In this document: positions 16,301 through 24,082 of the stretch, piece by piece | Position numbering within the stretch: position 1 is the stretch's first letter | Layout: every line of letters starts with the position of its first letter | NCBI GenBank assembly: GCA_963925545.1 | Contig: CAWUSA010000005.1 | Span: 22,472-86,471 of the forward strand | Length of the DNA: 64,000 nucleotides | Origin: an uncultured Flavobacteriales bacterium | Lineage (GTDB): Bacteria; Bacteroidota; Bacteroidia; Flavobacteriales; Schleiferiaceae | Reading direction: 5' to 3' | Notes under the pieces: model-generated | The model's input: the letters and a program-made list of their open reading frames with translations, nothing else | The model's database searches: none | What the model was told of the DNA's origin: nothing | Program-made: the position numbers and the translations under genes

Positions 16301-18717
16301 GAGCCACTAGATGTCTCTAGGTAGAGGTAGTTGCTTCCGTTTGAGGCGGCCGAGGGACCAGTGCCAGAAGAACCGGTGCCTCCTGTGCTGACGTTCCATC
16401 TAAGGCCAAAAGTGGGGTTAGGTGTCCAGCAAGCATCAAAGGTGGTAGAAGGACTCCAAGACGTTCCATCAAAACTTTCAGCGTAAGGCAGGCTTGTGAC
16501 AAGGGCACAAGAGCTACAGTAACCCAAGAATGAGCCGAAGCTGTATCCATTAGCCAAAGTGGCGCCAAAAGTGTGAGAAAGTACTGTGTCACCGTAAGGG
16601 CCGACAACATCAAAACCAATTTCACTAGACCATGCGCCAAGGTTCAAAGTAACAGCGGCAGAATCCACGTCACACAGCATAACCGAGTCAGTGTATGCAG
16701 AGCCTGCTGTGAATCCAGCACCCAGTGTGCCAACAGGATTGCCTCCTTGAGAGAACACCAAGGTGTTGCTATTCCATCCATCGCCATAAGAGTCAGTCAT
16801 GTAAACCATGTATTGACATTGGCTAGTTGCGGCACATTGTGCAGGCGTAATGCTTGCAGAAGCGCTCCAAACACAGGTGTCGCCGATAGCGCAAATCTCA
16901 CGTACTGCATAGTCGTAAGCTGTTGCTGCTGTAAGGCCAGACACTGAAATGCTGTTTGTTGTTCCAGAGGTGATGGTCCATGCGCTGGTGCTTCCGCTTA
17001 GGCGGTGACGCGCTTGGGTGCCAATGGTTGTGGCGTTGTTTGATGTCCATGTGGCATCAAACCCAATAGCTGTAACATTGGCTGCAGCTAATCCACTAAC
17101 ACCAAAGCAAGTCAATGCGGCGTACTCGTCAGCACCAATGTCAGGTGTGGTGGTTGAACGGCTGTCGCCATCAATGTCAGTCAATGTGCCAACAGGGGTG
17201 CCGGCATTGTCTGCTAATGCGCCTTGTGCGTGTAAGTCCGTTGCTGAGCTGAACAAAGGATCGCCAAATGCAGAGTTCGCATCCTGCGATGTGGCGGTTT
17301 GCCATGCAGCAAGTGTTGCTACAGTTGAGTTGTTGTACTTGAACGGGCTAGTGCCTGTTGCGTTGTAGACATTGTAGTCTGCTGTGAAGTACGTTCCCGC
17401 AACCGCAGAGCTAGATGCTTCTGCTGCATAACCTCCACCTGTGTTGGTGAAGATGTTGTTCTTAACCACGTTGCCAGCAGCAGTGAAGTAAGATGTGCTA
17501 GTTGACTTGTTTAAATACAGCGCACGTCCAGATGTAGATGATCCAGCGGCTGCAGACACAGAGTTGTGCAAGATGTCAAAGTTGTTACAGTGGTAGATGT
17601 AAATTCCACGAGCAGCTGAGGTGGTTGAAGACGAGTTCATCGCAACCATGTTATTCTCAATCACAGAGCGGTCGGTAGAGGATCCGTTCACATAATTTAG
17701 ATAGATACCGTAGTTGGTTGACGTACCGCCCATGACGATATTGTTCTTCTTGATAGATACTTTGCCTGCTTGAGTGTAAGAGCTTGATCCAGAACCAGAT
17801 TGGTAAATACCGTAGTAGGTTGCTTCGATGTCATTGTTTTCAAGCACATAGCTGGCAGGTGTTCCACCAGAAGGCGGGTTGCTGTATATGTAAAAACCGT
17901 AGCGGCAATTGACGATGGTGTTGTTTTGCACATCAACGCCAACAGCTGGGTAGTAGAGGTAGTTGTAACCACCAGTTCCAGTTAATGTATAGGTCACGGT
18001 GTTACCGTGAACATGCTGGTACTTCGCATACCTTAGGTAAATGCCATAGTAGGTCATGCTAATGGTGTTGTTGTCAAAAACTATGGTGTCCATCGATGTC
18101 GTGTATGACTTTCCGTAGACATAAGCAGCATAGGACACGTTAGAAAACGTGTTGCCTGTGATGGTCCAGTTGCCCTTTGCTTCTGTGGTGCTACTGTATG
18201 AGTAGTAGATGCCCGCGAAGTAGGAGCTGGTGCTTGTTCCTGCAGCACCAGTCAAGGTGTTGTCAATCAAGGAAATGTTCGTGTTAGCGCCATACTGATC
18301 AATCAAGCGACCGTAAGACGTTCCGCCAGTAGTGATAACTAGGCCTTTGATCGTCACATTGCTTGTGCCGTCCAAACGAATCGTCCAGTTGGTTGATGAA
18401 GATGCAGGAGAATAGGTAACAGTGGCTGCAGTCGTATTTGACGGGTTAGCCTGGAATGTTACCGTATTCGTGGTTGATGTTCCTGTGTATGCTGGAATCG
18501 TCACCTGCTCGGTGTAGGTGCCAGATGCAACGTTAAAGATAACAGGACCACTAACGCCCGAGGTGGATAGGGCAGTTGTCGCAGCAGCGAAGGTGGTGTA
18601 GTTGGAAGTACCTGAGCCTGAGGCGTCAATGGTGTAGGTTCCGGAGAGTTGACCGAAGGCGGGCAGTGCCACTAACATTAGGGCAGTTGACAACCAACGA
18701 AGTGTACGGTTTTTCAT
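13303..18717 (-). CDS. 1804-aa T9SS-sorted surface protein: beta-helix, then (FN3 / Cys-framed module / MAM-like) repeats, two CBM-like modules and a type-A CTD
   Basis: Signal peptide MKNRTLRWLSTALMLVALPAFGQ. About 500 aa of NNTI/GIY-type parallel beta-helix repeats. MAM-like motifs DYHMYGATMGNLY and GD[MI]AIDN. C-terminal LYPNPTRGEFTLE...GVYMIRL...RVAIQR matches the T9SS type-A sorting domain. Confidence 0.9.
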   Translation of the reverse strand: MKNRTLRWLSTALMLVALPAFGQLSGTYTIDASGSGTSNYTTFAAATTALSTSGVSGPVIFNVASGTYTEQVTIPAYTGTSTTNTVTFQANPSNTTAATVTYSPASSSTNWTIRLDGTSNVTIKGLVITTGGTSYGRLIDQYGANTNISLIDNTLTGAAGTSTSSYFAGIYYSYSSTTEAKGNWTITGNTFSNVSYAAYVYGKSYTTSMDTIVFDNNTISMTYYGIYLRYAKYQHVHGNTVTYTLTGTGGYNYLYYPAVGVDVQNNTIVNCRYGFYIYSNPPSGGTPASYVLENNDIEATYYGIYQSGSGSSSYTQAGKVSIKKNNIVMGGTSTNYGIYLNYVNGSSTDRSVIENNMVAMNSSSTTSAARGIYIYHCNNFDILHNSVSAAAGSSTSGRALYLNKSTSTSYFTAAGNVVKNNIFTNTGGGYAAEASSSAVAGTYFTADYNVYNATGTSPFKYNNSTVATLAAWQTATSQDANSAFGDPLFSSATDLHAQGALADNAGTPVGTLTDIDGDSRSTTTPDIGADEYAALTCFGVSGLAAANVTAIGFDATWTSNNATTIGTQARHRLSGSTSAWTITSGTTNSISVSGLTAATAYDYAVREICAIGDTCVWSASASITPAQCAATSQCQYMVYMTDSYGDGWNSNTLVFSQGGNPVGTLGAGFTAGSAYTDSVMLCDVDSAAVTLNLGAWSSEIGFDVVGPYGDTVLSHTFGATLANGYSFGSFLGYCSSCALVTSLPYAESFDGTSWSPSTTFDACWTPNPTFGLRWNVSTGGTGSSGTGPSAASNGSNYLYLETSSGSAGASATVTGPNMTSGYSSLSISFDYHMYGATMGNLYLESNNGTGWVTFDSIVGQQQTSNAAAWLTGSSLLTTPAGIFSIRFRGTRGASYTGDMAIDNIVIASGAVCPTPNTLTASNIGMTSFDLAWSSTSSSSLSYEVRYRTNGSTGAYTSNGASATVSGLTATSSYDVSVREICAVADTGSWSSDLVVMTSLCAAADQCQYMVYMTDSYGDGWNGNKLIFSQSGVAVGTLGAGFATGTAFTDSISLCDMTSATVTLDLGSWSGEIGFDVVGPYGDTVLSHTSGTTLTTGYSFGSFLAYCSSCQIVTSLPFTENFEDTASWTPIWGVPYNSIFDACWTPSPDAVTQNVFRWVVGTGTTPSGSTGPAAASNFIYSEASYGTTGNIATVTMPNMQFTDSNLVFSYDYHMYGATMGNLYAEYDAGSGWVTFDSIVGQQQTGATDPWITRNTVLTNPMSVFTIRLRAEKGTSYTGDIAIDNVSVDVLQSCGAPSGVSASNITNTSFDVAWTSYSLNTGSPLSYEVRYRLTGGSAYMSNGASASIAGLTSATSYDVSVREICAVGDTSGWSSDLAVTTAICAAVEQCGFIVYMTDSYGDGWQGNTLTFTQSGLVSVSNVGSGFALGASFTDTVMLCGMDSASVTLGNLGAWSDEVGFNVTDMNSGDTLLTHTSGTTLTAGQAFGTFFPECRTPATYTVSVNMAKETIHPAGVHIAGNFQGWNPSATLMTDPNGDGIYEYTINTYLDEHLEYKFINGGAWGSDENVPTDCRYNGSWNRGDSIANLADTAAVVCFAACTDCQINVTFQVNMAWEIANGSVSGDSIHVAGSMQGWAPAGTVMLDTAGNGIYQVTVAAPINSKIYYKYLNGKTWNDAEASGDLSACGEDDGFGGNNRVDSLGVTDTVLGVVCFTKCYDCSVGLPEAVTGVTLYPNPTRGEFTLERIELEGDIEVTVVDMQGQVLRATLWTTGQADLDMDLSDMASGVYMIRLNTDEGNRTMRVAIQR
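14245..14850 (-). repeat. Partial super-repeat unit 3 (aa 1290-1491: FN3-like + Cys-framed module, no MAM)
   Basis: It is a more diverged copy: CGFIVYMTDSYGDGWQGN versus CQYMVYMTDSYGDGWN[SG]N. Confidence 0.8.
14851..15990 (-). repeat. In-frame super-repeat unit 2 (aa 910-1289)
   Basis: It has the same three-domain order as unit 1. It shares long identical nucleotide runs with unit 1, for example catgtaaaccatgtattgacattgg at 15683 and 16799. Confidence 0.85.
15991..17115 (-). repeat. In-frame super-repeat unit 1 (aa 535-909: FN3-like + 104-aa Cys-framed module + MAM-like)
   Basis: It aligns with unit 2 at an offset of 375 aa. Nt 16571-16625 is identical to nt 15455-15509 over 55 nt. Confidence 0.85.
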
Positions 18718-18839
18718 GCGAACTTTGTTTAGGATTATGTTAAGGCGTTAAACTTAGGCATTTTTTCAACAATAGGCGGTTAACAACCTCAAAAACTTCA
18801 ATAGAAACAGCCCCTACGGGTCAATTTTTTATCGAAAAA

Positions 18840-19421
18840 TCAAGATTTAGGCTCAAAACCACCGGAACTTCTCGGGCGATTGAGGTCCCCTTCCTGCAGG
18901 GGCTGGCAAGGGGTCAGCGTATCATGACACTCCTTGGGAAGTCTTTGATACCACTGGGTTCCTTCAGTCTTCCATGCGATGTCTTTTTCGGACATTTGCT
19001 TGACCATTTTTGCGGGGTTGCCAACCATCACCGCCCCGTCAGGCACAATGGTTCTCGCCTTGACAAAAGCCAGGGCGCCAACGAGGCAATTTTTTCCGAT
19101 TTGGACATCATCCATGAGCACAGCATTCATTCCAATGAGGCAGTTTTCACCCAAAAAGGCTCCGTGGATGATTGCGCCGTGGCCAACATGTGCAGATTTC
19201 TCCAAAATCACGTCTTTTCCAGGGAAAGAATGGATGATGCAGTTTTCCTGCACATTAGAACCCTCCTTGATGGTGATGCGGCCCCAGTCTCCACGGAGCA
19301 CTGCGCCAGGGCCGATATATACATTCTTGCCGATCCACACATCACCGGTGACATTGGCCTGAGGGTGTACAAAGGCCGAAGGATCGACCACGGGAACCAT
19401 GCCTTTGAATGCGTAAAACAT
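18840..19421 (-). CDS. paaY: Phenylacetic acid degradation protein PaaY (hexapeptide-repeat, gamma-carbonic-anhydrase-like)
   Basis: From the internal ATG at 19421, MFYAFKGMVPVVDPSAFVHP... aligns along its length with E. coli PaaY. ATGA overlap with the paaJ stop. The upstream 72 codons of the track ORF are Pro/Arg-rich and lie inside paaJ. Confidence 0.9.
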   Translation of the reverse strand: MFYAFKGMVPVVDPSAFVHPQANVTGDVWIGKNVYIGPGAVLRGDWGRITIKEGSNVQENCIIHSFPGKDVILEKSAHVGHGAIIHGAFLGENCLIGMNAVLMDDVQIGKNCLVGALAFVKARTIVPDGAVMVGNPAKMVKQMSEKDIAWKTEGTQWYQRLPKECHDTLTPCQPLQEGDLNRPRSSGGFEPKS

Positions 19422-20629
19422 CAGATTTCGGGGTTTGCTAGAATCACCGCATAGCCTTGGCCTACGCCAACGCACATGGTCACCAGCGCGTACTTGCCCT
19501 TGCGGGCTTTCAGTTGCCTTGCTGCCGTCAGGGCCAATCGCGCGCCTGACATACCTAAGGGGTGGCCAATAGCGATCGATCCGCCGTTGGGGTTGATGCG
19601 GGGGTCGCGGTCGTCCAAGCCAAGGGCCCGGGAGCAAGCGAGCACCTGAGCAGCAAAGGCCTCGTTGAGTTCAATGATATCCATATCATCCAGCGAGAGG
19701 CCTGCTTTAGCTAAAACTTTTTGGGTGGCTGAAACAGGGCCAATACCCATGGTGCGGGGCTCCACGCCAACAACAGCAGAAGCAACAATTCGTGCCAGGG
19801 GGGTTAATCCATGGGCCTGAACAGCCGCCTCAGAGGCAACCAGACAGGCTGCAGCGCCATCATTGAGGCCGCTTGAGTTGCCTGCCGTCACGCTGCCGTC
19901 CTTGCGGAAGGCTGGCCGCAGGCCTGCCAGGGCGGTCAAGCTGCTGTTAGGCTTCGGGAATTCATCCATGGAAACCACAACGGGATCCTTTTTTCGTTGG
20001 GGAATACTCACGGGCACAATCTCGCCCTCAAAGTAACCGCTGGCCTGCGCCTGCGCGGTTTTTTCTTGACTCCAAACGGCATAGGCATCTTGATCCTCAC
20101 GGGAGATACTGTAGGCCTCTACCAAGTTTTCTGCTGTCTCCCCCATAGCGTCCGTGCCATAGCTGTCTTGCATTTTTGGGTTGATAAAGCGCCAGCCAAA
20201 GCTGGAATCGTACATCTTGCTGTCTGTGCCATAGGCCCGGCCAGGCTTGCTCATCACATAGGGGCCTCGGGTCATGCTTTCCACGCCGCCAGCAATGAAG
20301 AGATCGCCATCGCGAGAGGCTACGGCGCGAGCGGCATGCACCAGGGCGCTGAGGCCGGAGGCACAAAGCCTGTTGACGGTCTCGCCAGGTACCGATGAGG
20401 GAAGGCCTGCCAATAGGCTTGCCATACGAGCGATATTTCGGTTGTCTTCTCCCGCCTGGTTGGCGCAGCCCATAATGACATCATCAATGGCCTTGGGGTC
20501 AAGGTCAGAATGTCGCTCCATCAAAGATTGGATCACGTGAGCAGCCAGGTCGTCAGCTCGGACAGAGGCAAGGGCACCGCCAAAAGACCCCACAGGGGTT
20601 CGGATGCCATCAATGAGGTATGCGTTCAT
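19421..20629 (-). CDS. paaJ: 3-oxoadipyl-CoA / 3-oxo-5,6-dehydrosuberyl-CoA thiolase
   Basis: Thiolase of 402 aa from ATG 20629 (MNAYLIDGIRTPVGSFGG). Active-site Cys context VNRLCASG. C-terminal motif CVGVGQG. Confidence 0.9.
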   Translation of the reverse strand: MNAYLIDGIRTPVGSFGGALASVRADDLAAHVIQSLMERHSDLDPKAIDDVIMGCANQAGEDNRNIARMASLLAGLPSSVPGETVNRLCASGLSALVHAARAVASRDGDLFIAGGVESMTRGPYVMSKPGRAYGTDSKMYDSSFGWRFINPKMQDSYGTDAMGETAENLVEAYSISREDQDAYAVWSQEKTAQAQASGYFEGEIVPVSIPQRKKDPVVVSMDEFPKPNSSLTALAGLRPAFRKDGSVTAGNSSGLNDGAAACLVASEAAVQAHGLTPLARIVASAVVGVEPRTMGIGPVSATQKVLAKAGLSLDDMDIIELNEAFAAQVLACSRALGLDDRDPRINPNGGSIAIGHPLGMSGARLALTAARQLKARKGKYALVTMCVGVGQGYAVILANPEI

Positions 20630-20636
20630 AGGGAAG

Positions 20637-21041
20637 TCACCATTGGGTTGATTGAATAAAAACTGTGCCCTTGAACAGGGCAACGGGCTTGTCTTGGACA
20701 GTCACCGTCACATCGTAACGAGCCAGCGTCTTGCCTCGTTGGCGCTCTGTGGCAGTGGCGATGAGTAGGTCGCCAACGTGAATGGGTTTGGCGTGTGAGA
20801 TACCGGTCTCAATGGATATGGCGTGCTGACCATGCCCGTTGCTGGCAAAGGCCAGGGCGGAGTCTGCTAGGGAGTAACTGATGCCGCCATGCGCCACACC
20901 AAACCCATTGGTCATATCGTCCCTAAGGGTCATCTGCAGGGTGGCAGAGCCCTGGGAGACGTCGACCACCTCAATGCCTAGCCATTGACTGAAGGCATCA
21001 TTTGCCATCATAGTATCAACAATCTGTTTGGAATTAGGCAT
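20637..21041 (-). CDS. paaI: Hydroxyphenylacetyl-CoA thioesterase PaaI (hotdog fold)
   Basis: 134 aa with the PaaI-type motif GFGVAHGGISYSLADSA. It sits between orf170 and paaJ. Confidence 0.85.
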   Translation of the reverse strand: MPNSKQIVDTMMANDAFSQWLGIEVVDVSQGSATLQMTLRDDMTNGFGVAHGGISYSLADSALAFASNGHGQHAISIETGISHAKPIHVGDLLIATATERQRGKTLARYDVTVTVQDKPVALFKGTVFIQSTQW

Positions 21042-21049
21042 GCGGGAAG

Positions 21050-21562
21050 TTACTTGTTTTTTACCTCAGCATCCACATTGTCGCCCAGGTCCAGCGCCTC
21101 CTCAAAGCAGCCAATCATCACATCCACCACAATCAAGAGGTTATACTCGCTGAGCACGTCCTCCTCGACATCAAGGGTCAGTTGATCGTGCAAATACTGC
21201 CGAACCTCTTGAAAAACAAAGGGGCTTCGCGATCGGCGAGCCATATTTTCCGCATCTATGAGATCTGCAGCTCCATCCGCCTCCATGCTTTCCGTGACGT
21301 CCCTGGTGGCATCCTCAATGATGGCATCTGTGATCGTTTTCACTGGTATATCCGCGATAGTGAAGCCTTCGCGTAAAATCAAGGCTGAGTGAACCAGCAG
21401 ATCATGCGCCTGGTCCTCAAACTCTTCAGATAGGTTGAGTAAAAAAGCGAAGAGGGCTGGCTGCTCATCCATGAAGTCGCTGAGCTCTGCTGCAAAGCGT
21501 TCCTGGCTCCAGGAACGGACTTGTTGAACGGCTTCTTGGATAGTTAGGATATTGTCAGACAT
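21050..21562 (-). CDS. Hypothetical, strongly acidic 170-aa protein embedded in the paa operon (orf170)
   Basis: ATG at 21562 lies 6 nt after the paaH stop. The stop at 21050 lies 8 nt before the paaI ATG. By hand count there are roughly 38 D/E against about 11 K/R. I recognise no family. Confidence 0.7.
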   Translation of the reverse strand: MSDNILTIQEAVQQVRSWSQERFAAELSDFMDEQPALFAFLLNLSEEFEDQAHDLLVHSALILREGFTIADIPVKTITDAIIEDATRDVTESMEADGAADLIDAENMARRSRSPFVFQEVRQYLHDQLTLDVEEDVLSEYNLLIVVDVMIGCFEEALDLGDNVDAEVKNK

Positions 21563-21568
21563 ATAGCG

Positions 21569-22738
21569 TCAGCATTCAAATAGTTGATTGTTGCTTGCCC
21601 TATCGACAAGCAAAGGACAAGGTCGGTAGCGGGTGTCGCCTGTGCGTTCTCGCAAAGCATTCAGTCGGCTTACGATGATGTCAAGGCCGGTCTCGTTAGC
21701 CCACTGTAAAAGCCCTTTGGGGTAGTTCACGCCTCGGAGCATGGCTGTTTCCAAGTCGGACGCTGAGCAGATGTTGCGGTAAAGGGCGTCTGCCGCTTCA
21801 TTGAAGAGTAGGGCGGTGATGCGGTCAACAATAACCTGACCCAATGCGCGGTCTTCAGTGGCAGAAGGGTTGCTTGCGCCATCGGTGTAATCGTAAAAGC
21901 CCTTGCCGGATTTCCGGCCAAGCCACCCCGCGTCCAACAAGCGTTTCTGGGTGAGGTTGGGCCTGAATCTTGGGTCAAAATAAAATTGTGTCCAAACCGT
22001 TTCCGTCACCACGTAGTTGACATCATGGCCAATCAAATCCATCAGCTGAAAGGGGCCCATCCTGAATCCGCCAATCTCCCGCATGGCCCAGTCAATAGTT
22101 GGCACGTCAGCAAGACCTTCTTCAAGCATGTGCATGGCTTCAGCGTAAAAAGGCCTTGCCACCCGGTTGACAATGAATCCCGGGCTGTCAGCAGCGACCA
22201 CGCCAGATTTTCCCCAAGCCTTCACGGCAGACTGGCAGCGTGCAAGGACATCGGGATCGGTGGCCAATGAGGGCACAATCTCTACCAAAGGCATCAAGGC
22301 TGCAGGATTGAAAAAATGCAAGCCCACCACGCGTCCCGGGTTGTTTACGCCGGCACTGATAGCGGCAATGCTCAATGAAGAGGTATTGGTGGCAAGCACG
22401 CAATCCTCGCTTACCACATCGTCAACCATTTGAAAGACGGATCGTTTGGCATCCAGGGATTCAATGATCGCTTCAATCACCAGGTCAGAGCCTTCCGCGT
22501 CTTTGAAGTTAACAATGGTGGTGATGCGGGCCAATGCCTCATCACAAGACTGCCTGCTGCGGCGGCCTTTTTCAACCAGCCGGCTGTAAACAGACTCTAG
22601 CTGCTTGATGGCAGAGGTCAAAGCAGATTCGTGGGTATCATAGAGCGTAACGTTCACCCCGGCTTCCGCCAGGACTTGTGCAATGCCGCGCCCCATGGCG
22701 CCCGCCCCAACAATAGTAGCTTGTTTGAATGGCTTCAT
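21569..22738 (-). CDS. paaH: 3-hydroxyadipyl-CoA (3-hydroxyacyl-CoA) dehydrogenase
   Basis: 389 aa. N-terminal Rossmann motif IVGAGAMGRGIAQ. 3HCDH N- and C-terminal domains. Confidence 0.85.
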   Translation of the reverse strand: MKPFKQATIVGAGAMGRGIAQVLAEAGVNVTLYDTHESALTSAIKQLESVYSRLVEKGRRSRQSCDEALARITTIVNFKDAEGSDLVIEAIIESLDAKRSVFQMVDDVVSEDCVLATNTSSLSIAAISAGVNNPGRVVGLHFFNPAALMPLVEIVPSLATDPDVLARCQSAVKAWGKSGVVAADSPGFIVNRVARPFYAEAMHMLEEGLADVPTIDWAMREIGGFRMGPFQLMDLIGHDVNYVVTETVWTQFYFDPRFRPNLTQKRLLDAGWLGRKSGKGFYDYTDGASNPSATEDRALGQVIVDRITALLFNEAADALYRNICSASDLETAMLRGVNYPKGLLQWANETGLDIIVSRLNALRERTGDTRYRPCPLLVDRASNNQLFEC

Positions 22739-22739
22739 T

Positions 22740-23519
22740 TTAATGTCCTTTAAATTGGGGTTTGCGCTTCTCTAGGAAAGCGGTCACGCCTTCTTTGAAG
22801 TCGTGACTTTCGCCCGCAATGTTTTGCAAGCGTCGCTCGAGCTCAAGCTGTACTTTAAGATCAGGGAAAACGACCGCATTGAGGGCTTCCTTGGTCAAGG
22901 CAAAAGCCTTGGTGGGTTGGGTAGCTAGCTTCAGGGCAGCAGTTGTTGCCACCGCCATCAAATCCGCATCAGCCACCGCTTGGTAAATCATGCCATGCCG
23001 TTCTGCTTCTTCAGCACCAATACGGTCGCCCGTCATCATCCAGGCGCTGGCTTTCGCAAAGCCTACCAGGCGCGGCAAGGTCAACGTGCCGCCAGTATCA
23101 GGGATCAATCCAATGCCAGCAAAGGCTTGGATGAACTTGGCCGAATGGCCCGCAAAGACCAAGTCGCCACACAGTGCCAGGTTGGCGCCTGCACCTGCAG
23201 CAACGCCATTGACGGCTACCACAATAGGTTTTTGCATGGCGCGCATGGCCAGCACTAAAGGGTTGTAGTGCTCACTGAGGATGGTGTCCAGCGAATGACC
23301 GGATGGGTCTGTGGCTTCAGCTAGATCCTGACCACTGCAAAATGCGCGGCCCTCACCTGTCAATAAAATAGCTCGGACGCTGTCATCACCAGCACACCGG
23401 GATAGCTCAGCCTGCAGAGCTAAAGCCATGTCTCGGTTAAAGGCGTTAAAAACCTCTGGTCGGTTCAGGGTGATGGTGCAGAGGCCATTCTCTGTGTGGG
23501 ATCGAAGGGTGTTGTCCAT
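22740..23519 (-). CDS. paaG: 1,2-epoxyphenylacetyl-CoA isomerase (crotonase family)
   Basis: From ATG 23519 (259 aa) it aligns closely by eye with E. coli PaaG: YNPLV, VNGVAAGAGA.LAL.GD, SAKF, GLIPD.GGT, ATQPT, EGV.AFL.KR.PQF.G. Confidence 0.88.
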   Translation of the reverse strand: MDNTLRSHTENGLCTITLNRPEVFNAFNRDMALALQAELSRCAGDDSVRAILLTGEGRAFCSGQDLAEATDPSGHSLDTILSEHYNPLVLAMRAMQKPIVVAVNGVAAGAGANLALCGDLVFAGHSAKFIQAFAGIGLIPDTGGTLTLPRLVGFAKASAWMMTGDRIGAEEAERHGMIYQAVADADLMAVATTAALKLATQPTKAFALTKEALNAVVFPDLKVQLELERRLQNIAGESHDFKEGVTAFLEKRKPQFKGH

Positions 23520-23590
23520 AATGGGTGGGTTGAGACTAAGGCAAAGTTCGGCATTCTCAGGCATTCCTCATTGCCTCCCTTTTTAAACCC

Positions 23591-24082
23591 TCAATGGCAT
23601 TTAAAATAATCAAAGGGCTCACGGCAATCCAGGCATCGGTAAAGGGACTTGCATGCGGTGGACCCAAAGGCGGAAACTAGCTCGGTTTGGGCGCTTTGAC
23701 ATTTGGGGCAGCTGACCTGAGCAGGCGGACCAAACAGCTCCCTCTTGTTATTGGTAGAGCCGACAGGGGGCGCAATGCCGTAGGCTCGGAGCTTGTCCTT
23801 GGTGGATTCGCTCAGCCAATCAGTGGTCCATGGGGGGTCAATCACCAAGTGGACCTTGACTTGTTGCCCTGTTTTCTCTGCCAAGGACTTTTGAACATCT
23901 TCTGCCATCATGTCCATAGCGGGACAGCCTGTGTAGGTTGGTGACAAGTCAACATCAATACCGTGTTCGCCTTGGCGAATATCTCTAACGACACCAAGAT
24001 CCACAATGGATATGACGGGAATTTCTGGATCAGGCACCCCTTCAAGGCATGCCCACCACCCATGGGGGTCGTCCCCTACCAT
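23591..24082 (-). CDS. paaD: Phenylacetyl-CoA 1,2-epoxidase subunit D
   Basis: 163 aa with motifs PDPEIPV, TPTYSGCPA-like TYTGCPA, and C-terminal STACK.LYRC..CREPFDYFKC as in E. coli PaaD. 7-nt overlap with the paaC stop. Confidence 0.9.
   Translation of the reverse strand: MVGDDPHGWWACLEGVPDPEIPVISIVDLGVVRDIRQGEHGIDVDLSPTYTGCPAMDMMAEDVQKSLAEKTGQQVKVHLVIDPPWTTDWLSESTKDKLRAYGIAPPVGSTNNKRELFGPPAQVSCPKCQSAQTELVSAFGSTACKSLYRCLDCREPFDYFKCH

Noticed and set aside
13303-18717. The ~1.1-kb tandem repeats as a mobile element, a DGR template/variable repeat pair or non-coding satellite DNA.
   Set aside because: The repeats are in frame within one uninterrupted 1804-codon ORF and correspond to whole protein domains. 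There is no reverse transcriptase, transposase or terminal inverted repeat nearby.
19422-19637. A 72-codon N-terminal extension of the paaY ORF (MLPGPWLGRPRPPHQPQRR...), and similar upstream extensions of pyk, paaJ, paaA, paaG, purN, acpP, rnc, lipB and the ABC ATPase.
   Set aside because: The extensions overlap the preceding gene and are compositionally odd. Homolog alignment by eye begins at an internal ATG that abuts or overlaps (ATGA) the upstream stop.
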